A DNA stretch of 64,000 nucleotides from Dehalococcoidia bacterium (GCA_965197585.1 OZ240215.1:3296001-3360000), one strand, 5' to 3'; positions 38,862-49,738 are shown, numbered from the stretch's first letter. Notes: generated from the letters alone by a model not told the origin. Numbers and translations: made by a program.

Positions 38862-39968
38862 CTACCCCCCGTTCAGCGAAAACCCGTATATCCGCGCCGC
38901 ATTTTCCCCGACTATCTTCCTCTTGTCCCCCTCCGAGAGTCCCCCGAACGTGCGCTCGATCACCTCTTGGGAATAGGGGAATGTACCCTCGTCGTGGGGG
39001 TAGTCGCTGCCCCATAGGAGGCAATCAGCCCCGGTCAGCGAGATGTTCAGCAGGGCCGGGAGGTCGTCCCCGAAGGTGAGCCCGCCTTGCCGCTTGAAAT
39101 ACTCGCTGGGCCGCATTTCCAGGGTGGGCCGGATCCACATGTGCTTCTTTTCCGCCTGCTCGTCCAGTGCGTAGAGAAGCCATGCCAGCCACCCCGCCCC
39201 GCACTCCGCCACCACAAACCGGATCCCGGGGTGCCGTTCCAATACCCCCGAGCATATCAGGTCCGTTATCGGCTCCTGCACCTGCGACATTCCGCACACC
39301 AGCCACTTGATGAACCCGCCATTCTCTTCTTCCCCTATGTTGTCGGGGAACGGATCATAGTCGACGGCCCGTGCATGAAGGCTCAACGCCATCCCCGAGT
39401 CCTCGATAGTCTGCCAGAGCGGCTCGTACTCGGGCTGGTTGTAGGGCAGCCTGCTCACCAGGGCCGGTATCGCTGCCACCTTGAACCCCAGACTGGCCAA
39501 CCTCTTTATCTCCTCAATTGCCCTGGGAATGTCGATAACCGGGACCACCCCCACCGGCGCGAACCGGTCTCCCTGGGGTCGGAAATGGTCTATTACCCAG
39601 TTGTTGTAGGGTTGGGCAACGGCCATCTGGTAGTCGGGGTCTGGGGAACTGAAGATCCACAGGGTGTAGTCCGGGTATATGACTTCGGCGCTGACACCGT
39701 CCCGCTCTATCTCGGAGACGCGCCGCTCCAGGTTGCGGCCTCCCCACTCTTCGTGCCGGAACTCCTTCTCTCTATCCTCCTCGGTCAGCCGAGCCTCGGC
39801 CAGGTCCAGCCTACGAGCCTTCCGCCCCTCCACTACCCGGTACGTCCCGCCGTTTCGCTGCTCTATGTGTGGCGTCCTGTGCCGGAACTTCGGCGCCACC
39901 AACTCCGTGTAGAGCTCGGGAGGCTCCGCTACGTGTGAATCCGCCGATATGATCTTATACCCTGCCAT
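38862..39968 (-). CDS. amidohydrolase-2 family protein
   Basis: ISADSH, ECGAGW, WGSDYPHDEGTFP. Confidence 0.9.
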   Translation of the reverse strand: MAGYKIISADSHVAEPPELYTELVAPKFRHRTPHIEQRNGGTYRVVEGRKARRLDLAEARLTEEDREKEFRHEEWGGRNLERRVSEIERDGVSAEVIYPDYTLWIFSSPDPDYQMAVAQPYNNWVIDHFRPQGDRFAPVGVVPVIDIPRAIEEIKRLASLGFKVAAIPALVSRLPYNQPEYEPLWQTIEDSGMALSLHARAVDYDPFPDNIGEEENGGFIKWLVCGMSQVQEPITDLICSGVLERHPGIRFVVAECGAGWLAWLLYALDEQAEKKHMWIRPTLEMRPSEYFKRQGGLTFGDDLPALLNISLTGADCLLWGSDYPHDEGTFPYSQEVIERTFGGLSEGDKRKIVGENAARIYGFSLNGG

Positions 39969-40035
39969 GATGCGCCTCCCTGGTACTATTCGGATGTCCG
40001 GTCCCGGGAACCCTTACACTAGCCCCTTGGCGGCT

Positions 40036-41166
40036 CTAATGGCCGTTGGTTGGGAACCCGTAGAGCTTCGCCGCATTCTCCGATACGATTTTCGCCTTGT
40101 CCTCTTCGGGTACGCCTTCAAACATTCGCGCAATGACTTCCTGCGAGTGAGGGAAGGTTCCTTCGTCGTGTGGATAGTCGCTACCCCACATCAGTGACCC
40201 CACCCCTGCAATTTCCCGGGTAATTATCCCCACGATGTCGTCGGAGAAGGTGGAGTATCCCTGCCGCTTGAAGTACTCGCTCGGCAGTAGTTCTAGCTGG
40301 GGTACTTCCCACATGTGCCGACGGTGATGGTTGTCGTCCATCTGCACCAGCAGCCACGGTATCCACCCGATACCCGCCTCTGCAAGCACAAACTTCAAGT
40401 CCGGGTGCCTTGCGCACGCCCCACCTGCTATCAACTGGACCATCGGGTACATCGCCTCGGTCATCCCGAGCACCTGCCCAAGCTGGTCGGACCCGGGTGT
40501 CGCTACGTTCGGCTCCTTGGAGGGGGTTCCACCCTTGGGGCCACCGCTGAACACGTGGAAAGCCAACGGCACGCCCAGTTCGGCTGCATTGGCCCAGAAC
40601 GGCTCGTATGCGGGCATGTTGTACGGTACGAGAGGCATCGACACGGGCAACGAGAATGACCGGTACCCGAGTCCACCCGCCCGCTTCGCCTCGTTTATCC
40701 CGTCCTGGATGTCTATCACCGGGATCTGGGCGGAACATACAAACTTGTCGGGATGTCCCCCGAATATCTCGTGGTGCCAATCGTTGTACACCTGGGCTAG
40801 GGCTAATTGGTACCCGGGGTCCGGCGACGCATACAGTTTGAACACCGCCTGTGGATATACCACCTCCGCAACGACCCCGTCTTCCACTTGGTCCGCCAGG
40901 CGTGTCGGAATGTGCGTGCCGCCTTCACGGTGCTGCACCCGGCCCAGTGCCTCCCCGTCCCTCCAGTACCGACGCATGTCGTCCTCACTGAGCGGGTGCG
41001 GCGCCTCCATGGGCGATGGCCTCTGGCCGTCGTATACCAGGTACCGCTTCCCGTCGATTACCTCCTCGTGAGGAGCGCGGGCACGGTATTCGGCTGGCAG
41101 CCGATCATATATTTCCTCAGGCTCGTTCGAGTGAGAATCCGCCGAGATGATTGCTAGCTCCGGCAT
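40036..41166 (-). CDS. amidohydrolase-2 family protein
   Basis: MPELAIISADSH after AAGGAG RBS (track ORF over-extended); WGSDYPHDEG. Confidence 0.9.
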   Translation of the reverse strand: MPELAIISADSHSNEPEEIYDRLPAEYRARAPHEEVIDGKRYLVYDGQRPSPMEAPHPLSEDDMRRYWRDGEALGRVQHREGGTHIPTRLADQVEDGVVAEVVYPQAVFKLYASPDPGYQLALAQVYNDWHHEIFGGHPDKFVCSAQIPVIDIQDGINEAKRAGGLGYRSFSLPVSMPLVPYNMPAYEPFWANAAELGVPLAFHVFSGGPKGGTPSKEPNVATPGSDQLGQVLGMTEAMYPMVQLIAGGACARHPDLKFVLAEAGIGWIPWLLVQMDDNHHRRHMWEVPQLELLPSEYFKRQGYSTFSDDIVGIITREIAGVGSLMWGSDYPHDEGTFPHSQEVIARMFEGVPEEDKAKIVSENAAKLYGFPTNGH

Positions 41167-41177
41167 CAGGGTCTCCT

Positions 41178-42278
41178 TTAGCTCACCGGGAACCGGTACA
41201 GGTCCGCGGCGTTCTGAAACACTACTTTGCGCTTGATGTCCTTCGAATACCCTTCGAAAATCCGGTCGATGACCTCCGCCGAGTGGGGGAATGTCCCCTC
41301 GTCGTGGGGATAGTCGCTGCCCCAGAGCAACGCAGTCTCGCCGATGTAGTCCAGCGTTGCTAAGGCCACGGGGTCGTCTCCGAAGGTCGCATGACCCTGC
41401 CGTTTGAAATAGTCGCTCGGGTTCAACTCCAGCTTCGGCTCGACCCACATGTGCTTGCGCTGGTACTGCTCGTCCAGCGCATACAGCACCCATGCCAGCC
41501 ACCCCGCCCCACACTCCACCACCACGAAGTCCAGCCCCGGGTGCCGCATCGGCACCCCTGATGCCAGCATATGGGAAACCGGCTCTATACCCTCGGCCAT
41601 GCTGATGATCATGTATGGCAGGAATCCGTTGTCATCGTCCTCTTCGCCGACTTTATCCGGCAGGTGGTCTTCCGTTCCCGTGTTGAAGTGCAGGCTGAAT
41701 ACCAGCCCGGTCTCCTCCAACGCCTTCCACAGCGGCTCGTACACCTTCCGGTTGTAAGGCTGATTCTTGATGCCGATGGGACTGCTAACCAGCTTAAACC
41801 CCAGCTCGGCAAGCCTGTAGGCCTCCTTTACCGCTGCCGGAACGTCCAGGGTCGGCAGGATCGCGGCAGGAGCTAACCGGTCCGGACGACTCCCGAAAAG
41901 CTCATGGATCCAGTCATTGTAAGTCTGGGCCACGGTCATCTGGAATTCGGTGTCCGGAGTCCCGAGGTAGGTGAGTAGGTCGTTGCAGTAGATCACCTCT
42001 CCTGCCACGGTGTCCCTGTCCTGGTCCTTCAGCCTGCGCTTGATGTCCCGTCCTTGCGTCGGGTCGTCTCGCCACTCCCGGTTCATGTCGTCTTCGTCCA
42101 CCCGGCTCTCCGCAATGTCGTACCTGCGAGGCTTACGCCCCTCCACGATCTGATATTCACCACCGTTGATGACTTCCGTGTGGGGCAGCCGCTCCCGGAA
42201 GGGGGCCGGGACCCTCATCTTGAATTCCTCACTCTCCTGCACGTGGGAATCGGCGGATATGAAACGCAAATCAGCCAT
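41178..42278 (-). CDS. amidohydrolase-2 family protein
   Basis: MADLRFISADSH after GAGGAGG; WGSDYPHDEG. Confidence 0.9.
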   Translation of the reverse strand: MADLRFISADSHVQESEEFKMRVPAPFRERLPHTEVINGGEYQIVEGRKPRRYDIAESRVDEDDMNREWRDDPTQGRDIKRRLKDQDRDTVAGEVIYCNDLLTYLGTPDTEFQMTVAQTYNDWIHELFGSRPDRLAPAAILPTLDVPAAVKEAYRLAELGFKLVSSPIGIKNQPYNRKVYEPLWKALEETGLVFSLHFNTGTEDHLPDKVGEEDDDNGFLPYMIISMAEGIEPVSHMLASGVPMRHPGLDFVVVECGAGWLAWVLYALDEQYQRKHMWVEPKLELNPSDYFKRQGHATFGDDPVALATLDYIGETALLWGSDYPHDEGTFPHSAEVIDRIFEGYSKDIKRKVVFQNAADLYRFPVS

Positions 42279-42369
42279 CTTTACCTCCTCATTACATGAG
42301 GCCCGCAAGCCTCACGTGAACGCGCCAATGGACGGAATACCCCGGTTAGCTCAGACATCTTCGTCTGGT

Positions 42370-43470
42370 CTAGCTCACCGGGAACCCGTACAGTTCCGCA
42401 GCATTCTGGAATACTACTTTGCGCTTGATGTCCTCCGAATACCCTTCGAATATCCGGTCGATTACCTCGTTCGAGTGTGGGAATGTGCCTTCGTCGTGCG
42501 GGTAGTCGCTGCCCCAGAGCAACGCCTTCTCCCCGATGTAGTCCAGCGTCGCCAGCGCCACCGGGTCATCCCCGAAGGTCGCATGGCCCTGCCTCTTGAA
42601 GTAATCGCTCGGGTCTAGCTCCAGCTTCGGCTCGACCCACATGTGCTTCCGCTGGTACTGCTCGTCCAGCGCATACAGAACCCACGCCAACCACCCCGCC
42701 CCGCACTCCACCACAACGAAGTCCAGCCCCGGGTGCCGCATCGGCACCCCCGACGCCAGCATGTGCGATACGGGCTCAATCCCTTCCGCCATGCTGATGA
42801 TCATATAGGGCAGGAATCCGTTGTCGTCGTCCTCCTCGCCCACGTGGTCCGGCAGGTGGTCCTCCGTGCCTGTGTTGAAGTGCAGGCTGAATACCAGCCC
42901 GGTCTCCTCCAGCACATCCCACAGCGGTTCGTACACCTTGCGGTTGTATGGCTGGTTCTTGATGCCGATGGGGCTGCTGACCACCTTGAACCCCATATTC
43001 GCCAGCCTGTAGGCTTCTTCCACCGCTGAGGGAACGTCTAGCGTCGGCAGGATGGCCGCTGGGGCGAACCGGTCGGGGTGCTCTCCGAATATTTCGTGCA
43101 CCCAGTCATTGTATGTGCGGGCGACCGTCATCTGGTACTCCGTGTCGGGAGACCCGAGATACGTCAGAAGAGCGTTGCAATAGATAACCTCACCCACCAC
43201 GCTGTCCCGGGTCTGGTCCGAGAGCCGCCGATTGATGTTTCGCCCCCCATCCGGGTCCTCTCGGAAATTGCGGTTCAGATCATCCTCATTGATTCGGCTC
43301 TCGGCCACATCAAATCGCCTGGGCTTCCGCCCTTCGACTATCTCGTACTCCCCCCCATCGATGATCTCCTTGTGCGGAAGCCGCTCCCGATAGTGGGCCG
43401 GAATCCTCAGCGTGAATTCATCGGACTCCTGCACGTGGGAATCCGCGGAGATGAATTGCAAATTTGCCAT
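42370..43470 (-). CDS. amidohydrolase-2 family protein (close paralogue of 41178..42278)
   Basis: MANLQFISADSH after AGGAGG; near-identical C-terminal half. Confidence 0.9.
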   Translation of the reverse strand: MANLQFISADSHVQESDEFTLRIPAHYRERLPHKEIIDGGEYEIVEGRKPRRFDVAESRINEDDLNRNFREDPDGGRNINRRLSDQTRDSVVGEVIYCNALLTYLGSPDTEYQMTVARTYNDWVHEIFGEHPDRFAPAAILPTLDVPSAVEEAYRLANMGFKVVSSPIGIKNQPYNRKVYEPLWDVLEETGLVFSLHFNTGTEDHLPDHVGEEDDDNGFLPYMIISMAEGIEPVSHMLASGVPMRHPGLDFVVVECGAGWLAWVLYALDEQYQRKHMWVEPKLELDPSDYFKRQGHATFGDDPVALATLDYIGEKALLWGSDYPHDEGTFPHSNEVIDRIFEGYSEDIKRKVVFQNAAELYGFPVS

Positions 43471-43551
43471 CTCGCCCTCCTGGCTAAAACAGACGCTCTG
43501 CCTTGATATGGAATGCCCCAAAATGGGGGGATTTACCTATTGGATAGGGTG

Positions 43552-43579
43552 ATTGTACTACCCGCGTAGGCAGTGTCAA
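43552..43579 (-). promoter_or_regulatory. putative sigma70 promoter of the amidohydrolase cluster
   Basis: TTGACA-16-TACAAT on minus strand. Confidence 0.5.
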
Positions 43580-43683
43580 ATTAGTGGTCTAAAGAAGGGA
43601 ATCACTCTTAATGAATGAGTGATTATGAACGGGAGGTCACGAATCGACTGGACGCAATAAACTCTCTGTGACGGGAGACAGAA

Positions 43684-44184
43684 CTATTCGAGTCTAGGTT
43701 GTACCATTACCGGTGACTCGTAGCCTTCATCTATCGGGAGATTCTTCTGACGAGCGGCTTGCGTTGCTAACCGATCGCAACGCTCGTTGTAGCGGTTACC
43801 GGCGTGCCCTCGTACCCAGCGGAACTCAACTTCGTGCTCTGAACAGAGGTCAAGGAGGCGCTCCCATAAATCTGGATTGACGGCCCGGTCCTTCTTGTTG
43901 CGCATCCAACCTTTGGCTCGCCAGCGCTCCACCCACCCCTTTTCTATGGCATCGACGACGTAACGGGAATCACTGTAGAGAATTACGACGTAGCTCTGTT
44001 TTAGAGTCTGAAGGGCCTTTATCGGCCCCATCAGTTCCATGCGGTTGTTGGTCGTGAGGCGGTATCCTCCACTGAGTTCCTTGCGCTGTTCACCGAATTG
44101 CAGCACTACTCCATAACCACCGCGCCCGGGGTTGCCAATACAGGCGCCGTCGGTGTGAATAGTAACCTGAGGTTTTGCGGTCAT
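43684..44184 (-). CDS. rnhA: ribonuclease HI
   Basis: TDGACIGNPG.GG, TTNNRMEL, SDSRYV, WVRGHAG..NERCD; start at MTAKP. Confidence 0.95.
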   Translation of the reverse strand: MTAKPQVTIHTDGACIGNPGRGGYGVVLQFGEQRKELSGGYRLTTNNRMELMGPIKALQTLKQSYVVILYSDSRYVVDAIEKGWVERWRAKGWMRNKKDRAVNPDLWERLLDLCSEHEVEFRWVRGHAGNRYNERCDRLATQAARQKNLPIDEGYESPVMVQPRLE

Positions 44185-44194
44185 AGTAGAAACC

Positions 44195-44944
44195 CTATGG
44201 CCAAGTCTTCCCGAAGTCGTTCCGCAGCAGCACCTTGCCCGTAAACGAAGCGTCCTGCTGTGCCAACCATAGCGTCGAGGCCACCACAACCTCGGCAGGC
44301 TCTATAACCAGCCCCCGAGGATTGTTCTCCGGGTCCCAGTTGCGCGTCATGTAGGAAGTCACCAGCCCTGGACTCATCGCGTTTACCGCTATGTTGCAGG
44401 GCTTCAGGTCCTCGGCCATGTTCAGGCTGAACCGGTCCAGCGCCGCCTTGGACGCCCCGTAAACAATGTGGTTGGGTTCGCTCCAATTAGCGTTCCTTGA
44501 ACTGATGTTGATGATGTTTCCCTGCCGCCGTTCGAGCATTGTCGGAACAATGTATTTGCACATAAGGAACGGCCCGCGCACGTTCACAGTCATCACCCGG
44601 TCGAAGTCATCCACCGACATATCGACTATCGAACCCCTAACCGACAGGCCCGCATTGTTGATCAGCACGTCCACCGCCCCAATCTCCGAGCGCACCCTAT
44701 CGATCGTCGACTTCACGTCGGCTTCCACGGCGACGTCGCACGCAATCGCGTGCGCCCTCCCCCCCGACGCCTTAATCCGCTTGACCGTCTCTTCCAGGGA
44801 GCCTTGCCACTCGCCCGTGTTCGGGGCCAGGGTCCGGGCGGTGGCAACAACAATCGCCCCCTCCGCCGCAAACCCATAGGCCAAAGCCTCCCCCACCCCG
44901 CGGCTCGCGCCAGTAATCAGTACAACCTTGTCTTTAAGGGTCAT
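44195..44944 (-). CDS. SDR family oxidoreductase
   Basis: TGASRGVG, NNAG, YGASK. Confidence 0.92.
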   Translation of the reverse strand: MTLKDKVVLITGASRGVGEALAYGFAAEGAIVVATARTLAPNTGEWQGSLEETVKRIKASGGRAHAIACDVAVEADVKSTIDRVRSEIGAVDVLINNAGLSVRGSIVDMSVDDFDRVMTVNVRGPFLMCKYIVPTMLERRQGNIINISSRNANWSEPNHIVYGASKAALDRFSLNMAEDLKPCNIAVNAMSPGLVTSYMTRNWDPENNPRGLVIEPAEVVVASTLWLAQQDASFTGKVLLRNDFGKTWP

Positions 44945-45002
44945 GGGGATTCCTTTGGGTGGATCAAAAGGTTAAGTCAGGGACTGTCGGAGGACGGGGG
45001 CG

Positions 45003-45338
45003 TTAAATTAAGAGTTGGCTCGAAGCCCCTCCACCCCCGACCCGCAACTCACCGGCGTCGGCGCAAACATGAACAATCGGGGAAGAGGCCAGCATCGGGT
45101 GCAGCATGTCTTCGAAGCGCCTGCGGTCGCTGTGTCCCGCCCATCGCTGCCAGTCCTGAACACTGCGCCACGTACTTACCACTATCAATGTCGCGTGGTT
45201 GCTCACGTCCACAAGTGTCTCGCCGGAAATATATCCGGTCTGCCGGGTTGCCATCGCCCTCATTTCCACAAGAATGTCCAGAGACCGGGCCTCGCTGCCC
45301 GGCAGCACGTGGCGCTCTATGACAATCTTAGCTTGCAT
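45003..45338 (-). CDS. ABM-domain (antibiotic biosynthesis monooxygenase-like) protein
   Basis: A..Q.GYISGETL, VVSTW.S..DW..W. Confidence 0.75.
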   Translation of the reverse strand: MQAKIVIERHVLPGSEARSLDILVEMRAMATRQTGYISGETLVDVSNHATLIVVSTWRSVQDWQRWAGHSDRRRFEDMLHPMLASSPIVHVCADAGELRVGGGGASSQLLI

Positions 45339-45518
45339 CGCACCTTCTAGCCGGTGGTCGCCGCACCCGGCTTCGCATCAGACCTACATGGTCTACACGC
45401 ACTTCTACGCGCTAAAACTTACCCGCACGGGGTGCCGCCTGTCAATCCGACTCCCCTTGCCCATGATTGCATTACCATCGTAAAGTGATAATCTTTTCCC
45501 TACCTATATTCCAACTCT

Positions 45519-46550
45519 ATGCGGGAGCCAATCGATATGAAAGTAAACGCCCACCTCGATACCAACAAACTCTCGGAAATCTCTGAACAAGCCGCCCGCG
45601 CCGAGGCCCTCGGCTTCGACTCCCTCGCCCTCGCCGAACTCACCCTCGACCCCTTCCTCTGCTCTCTCCTGGCTGCGGAGCACACCCGAAACGCCGGCAT
45701 CAAGACCGCCATCGCCGTCGCCTTTCCCCGCAGCCCCATGACCACGGCCTACATGGCCTGGAACATTCAACAGCTGGCAGGCGGTAGATTCGAACTGGGT
45801 CTTGGCACTCAGGTCAAGGGCCACAACGAAAGGCGTTTCAGTACCCCCTGGGTCTCCCCCGGCCCCCGACTCAAGGAGTACATCGCCTCTCTCAGGGCCG
45901 TATGGGACACGTGGCAGAACGGTACGCCGTTAAACTTCCGCGGTAAGTTCTACAACTTGACCCTGATGATCCCCGTCTTCGACCCCGGCCCCATCCCCCA
46001 GCCCCGCATCCCCATCTCCATTTCCGCCGTGAACAAATACATGCTCGGCTTGGGTGGAGAAGTTGCCGACGGCATTCAACTGCACAGCTTCTGCACCCCC
46101 AAATACGTCCACGAGGTTGTGTTGCCCACGGTCGAAGAGGGCGCTAAGAAGGCCGGCCGTTCCCTGCAGGACGTGGCTGTTACCGGAGGCTGCTTCATTG
46201 TCGCCGAGACCCCCGGCCAAGACCTCGACGCCCAAGTCGCCGCCGTGCGTCAGCGCATCGCCTTCTACGCATCAACCCGCACCTACAAGCCCGTGATGGA
46301 CGTCCACGGCTGGGGAGACGTGACCCTGGAGCTGCACGGGCTTTCTCTCAAGGGCATGTGGCGAGAAATGACCGCCCTCATTACCGACGAGATGCTCGAC
46401 GCCTTCGCCATATTCGGCTCCTACGACGCCCTTCCAGGCCTCATAGAGAAGCGGTACGGCGGATGGGCCTCCAGCGTGGACCTGGGCCTCCCGGACGGGC
46501 CCGACGATGGCGGGAAGCAGGCTATAGAGAAAATAAAGCTGATTGCCTAG
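45519..46550 (+). CDS. LLM-class (probably F420-dependent) oxidoreductase
   Basis: AEALGFD, IAVAFPRSP, GRFELGLGTQVKGHNERRF, FYASTRTY; alternative start 45537. Confidence 0.88.
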   Translation: MREPIDMKVNAHLDTNKLSEISEQAARAEALGFDSLALAELTLDPFLCSLLAAEHTRNAGIKTAIAVAFPRSPMTTAYMAWNIQQLAGGRFELGLGTQVKGHNERRFSTPWVSPGPRLKEYIASLRAVWDTWQNGTPLNFRGKFYNLTLMIPVFDPGPIPQPRIPISISAVNKYMLGLGGEVADGIQLHSFCTPKYVHEVVLPTVEEGAKKAGRSLQDVAVTGGCFIVAETPGQDLDAQVAAVRQRIAFYASTRTYKPVMDVHGWGDVTLELHGLSLKGMWREMTALITDEMLDAFAIFGSYDALPGLIEKRYGGWASSVDLGLPDGPDDGGKQAIEKIKLIA

Positions 46551-46560
46551 TAGCGCCCCC

Positions 46561-47001
46561 CTACGAGAATATCTCCAGCAGCCGCTTCCTCCGGTAGCCA
46601 AAAATCCTTCGCAGCTCCCTCGCCATGAATAGATGTTCGACCGGCCACCCGAACGGCACCCGATAGTCGACGTGGTCGGTCACCAGCGTGCCCTCGGGAG
46701 TCTCCTCGAAAGTGTGCCGATGCAGCCAATATCGATACGGCCCGCCAACCTGGAAGTCGCAGAACTCGTAAGGAGGGGCCCACACCGAGATTTTGCTCTT
46801 CCACTTGAACGGCACCCGGTATAGGCTGATCCTGTAATCTATAATGGTCCCGAGCCCCATCTCTATCGGCGTCGGCGTCACTATCGAAAACCTGACCCAC
46901 GGTGGCGTTAGGAGGTTCAGGTTCTCGGCAGAGGCTAAGAAGTGGAAAACCGGCTCCCGAGCGTGGGGCAGCAGCAACTCTTCGTGGTATTGGTAGGGCA
47001 T
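46561..47001 (-). CDS. SRPBCC/START-like protein
   Basis: VF.F....NL..LTPPW, F.D.Q..GPY..W.H.H.F. Confidence 0.8.
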   Translation of the reverse strand: MPYQYHEELLLPHAREPVFHFLASAENLNLLTPPWVRFSIVTPTPIEMGLGTIIDYRISLYRVPFKWKSKISVWAPPYEFCDFQVGGPYRYWLHRHTFEETPEGTLVTDHVDYRVPFGWPVEHLFMARELRRIFGYRRKRLLEIFS

Positions 47002-47136
47002 GAGGCTTGTACCGGCGAAAACTGTAGGCTTTCGCACGGTTCGTTATATTACATTGGCCGGTTAAGCAACGGATAGGCCCCGATTCCCTCCCACCTTCAC
47101 TCCTTCAGGGCCCTTAGCAATGATTGGGGGATAACG

Positions 47137-48282
47137 ATGATGAAGATTCTCGACAGCGACATGCACGTCCACGAGCCTTGGGACATCTGGCTCAACTACA
47201 TCTCCCCCGAGTTCCGGGATCGAGCCCCCGTCGGCGCCACCAAAGATCCGATGGACATGAACACCCTCGTAGACGGCAAGCCCATAGGCTTCGCTCAGGA
47301 GACCGGCGTAAATGACAACCGGGAAGAGCAAATTCACCGAGAGGTCGAGAAACTCCAGTCCGAGAGGCTCCCCGAGGGCATCGCCAGTGGCTTCGACGCC
47401 GCCTCCCAGGTCCATGCTATGGACGTTGAGGGCCTCACCGGGGCCGTACTGCTCCCGACCCGCGGCCTCGCCGTCGCCGCCGTAGATTTCAACGACCGGG
47501 CCTTCGCCTCCGCCGTGTCCCGGGGCTACAACGACTGGCTTTATGACTTCTGTTCCCGGGGCCCCGGCAGGCTCTATGGCGCCGCCATGATTACCCTGGA
47601 GGACGTGGACGACGCCATAGCCGAGATCAAGCGCTCCCGCAAAGACCTTGCCTTCAAGGGCGTCTTCGCCCGGCCCAATCCCCTGCGCGACCGTAATTGG
47701 CACGATGATGTCTACGATCCCCTCTGGGAAGTCTGCCAGGACCTGGATGTGCCCATGATCTTCCACGAAGGGTTCCGCAGCAATCTTCCCCAGGCCATGG
47801 CCGAGAGATTCCTCCAGGAGCAGGACAAGGTCTGGACCATGGCCCACGTCGCCTGCCACCCCATCGAGCAGATGTACGCCTGCCTCTGCATGTGTGTCGG
47901 CGGCGTCTTCGAGCGGTTTCCCAAGCTCAGGGTTGGTTTCCTTGAAGGAAACGCCAGCTGGATACCCTTCTGGCTCTGGCGCATGGACGAGCACTACGAA
48001 CTGAGGCGCAATTGGACCGAGGGCTACATCTCCATGGCCCCCAGCGAGTACTTTAAGCGCCAGGGCTACGTCTCCATCGACGCCGACGAAAAGCCCGCCG
48101 CTTACGCCGTAGACTGGGCGGGTGACGAGAACTTCGTCTTCTCCACCGACTACCCCCACACCGACTCCAAATACCCCCACGCCGTCGAGGAGTTCCTCAA
48201 ACTCCCCATCCCCGACGAATCCAAGCGCAAGATCCTCTGGGACAACTGCGCCCGCCTCTACGGCATGATAAACGGCGCTTAG
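47137..48282 (+). CDS. amidohydrolase-2 family protein
   Basis: DSDMHVHEP, FHEG, FLEG, FSTDYPH, DNCARLY. Confidence 0.9.
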   Translation: MMKILDSDMHVHEPWDIWLNYISPEFRDRAPVGATKDPMDMNTLVDGKPIGFAQETGVNDNREEQIHREVEKLQSERLPEGIASGFDAASQVHAMDVEGLTGAVLLPTRGLAVAAVDFNDRAFASAVSRGYNDWLYDFCSRGPGRLYGAAMITLEDVDDAIAEIKRSRKDLAFKGVFARPNPLRDRNWHDDVYDPLWEVCQDLDVPMIFHEGFRSNLPQAMAERFLQEQDKVWTMAHVACHPIEQMYACLCMCVGGVFERFPKLRVGFLEGNASWIPFWLWRMDEHYELRRNWTEGYISMAPSEYFKRQGYVSIDADEKPAAYAVDWAGDENFVFSTDYPHTDSKYPHAVEEFLKLPIPDESKRKILWDNCARLYGMINGA

Positions 48283-48324
48283 CTCACCGTCCCGTCTAGC
48301 CTGACAACCTACCCCCTTACCCCT

Positions 48325-48527
48325 CGTCATTCCTGCGGAGGCAGGAACCTAGGGGTGGGCCCCGGGGATGGGCATCCTGTCCCCTCTCCCTCAACGATAC
48401 CTTTGCATAGCCTGTGTTGGAGGGGCGTGGGGCCGCTCGTGCTGAGGCTCTCGAAGTATGAGCGGGGGGGGGTGTTAGGCGATCTGGATGGAACAACAAG
48501 TACGATCTGCAGTTACACAAAGGCCCC
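48325..48527. repeat. REP-type palindrome plus degenerate MITE with the same TIR family as 37439..38621
   Basis: CGTCATTCCTGCGGAGGCAGGAACC; CCTGTCCCCTCTCCC then GATACCTTTGCATAGC (48396) ... AGTTACACAAAGGCCCC (48511..48527). Confidence 0.6.
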
Positions 48528-48612
48528 TCGAGGATCCCCAGATGCTCCAAAGCATGAGAGGTCTTGAGCTTACCCCGAGTGCCACCCAATGAGGTGCGAG
48601 CGTTTCACCCCC

Positions 48613-49455
48613 CTACAACACCTGCCACACCCGCTTCCCCTCCAACCTCACAATCTGCCCTAAACCCGGGGCCGGGAAGTGCCCCGCTGCCACCTTCAAC
48701 CCCTTCTCCTCCACCATCTTCATCACCGACTCCCGAGTCTCACGCGCCACGTCGTGGTCGCAGTCTGCAATGACCTTCCATCCAGTCTCTTGGACTTGCT
48801 TCGGGTGGTGCGCCACGTCCCCTAAAACCAGCCCCTGCTCGCCCTGAGACGAGATCAGCAGGCTCATGTGGCCCGGAGTATGGCCGGGGGTGTGAATCGC
48901 AGTAATTTCGTCGGTTATCACCCACTCCTTACCCGACACTAGCTCCAGCTTCCCCATCTCGTAAAGCGGCTCGACGGTGGACGCTTCGTAAAAGTATTTC
49001 TCCTTGGCCTCCGGCTCGTTCCTGAAGAACTCCCAGTCGATCTCGTGGGCCACGTACCTGGCCTTGGGAAACAGGACAGCCGGCACCCCACCATTCCGAG
49101 ATACGTTCCAACCCGTGTGATCGAAGTGCAGATGCGTCATAAACACCATGTCCACGTCCCCCGCATCTACTTTGTTCGCTTTCATCTCATTAAACAGGCT
49201 GCCCCACTCCCCTCCGACGCCCTCGGTCTCCACATCTCCCATCCCTGTGTCCACCATTATCGTCTGCCCCCCTGACCGGATCAGGAAAGACCCCAGGTTG
49301 GTCGAGAACTCGGGCTCCGCCTCGGGCGACACGCAACCGCACCCCCACGTCCGGGTCACCTCGTCCCCGTACATATCCCGCACCGCGCCATCCATGTGCC
49401 CGTCCGATAGCGACAGGACCGTAACATTGCCGATTGTCAGTGTATTGCCAGCCAA
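48613..49455 (-). CDS. MBL-fold metallo-hydrolase
   Basis: VDTG, THLHFDHTGW, TPGHTPGH, GD, H; TTG start after GGAGGAG. Confidence 0.9.
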   Translation of the reverse strand: MAGNTLTIGNVTVLSLSDGHMDGAVRDMYGDEVTRTWGCGCVSPEAEPEFSTNLGSFLIRSGGQTIMVDTGMGDVETEGVGGEWGSLFNEMKANKVDAGDVDMVFMTHLHFDHTGWNVSRNGGVPAVLFPKARYVAHEIDWEFFRNEPEAKEKYFYEASTVEPLYEMGKLELVSGKEWVITDEITAIHTPGHTPGHMSLLISSQGEQGLVLGDVAHHPKQVQETGWKVIADCDHDVARETRESVMKMVEEKGLKVAAGHFPAPGLGQIVRLEGKRVWQVL

Positions 49456-49738
49456 GGTATCTCCTCCAATATCGCGGTTAGTAGCAGCCCCCGCCCCCCA
49501 TCTCCCTCGCCCCGCCATTTAACCCCGCACCCACCCGTTTGTCGAGTGGGTGTGACACAAGCCCCTTGCCCCGGCCCCACCCCATGTACTACCTTTACCC
49601 CCTATGGAAAAACCCTTCAATACTCCCCTGTGGGCTGCACCGTCCTTCCCCATCGAGGGATGCCCCCGCCGCAAAAATTCCCCCGGATCAATCAAACAGG
49701 CACGATTTTTGACTGAATCAATCAAATAAGGAGAAATA

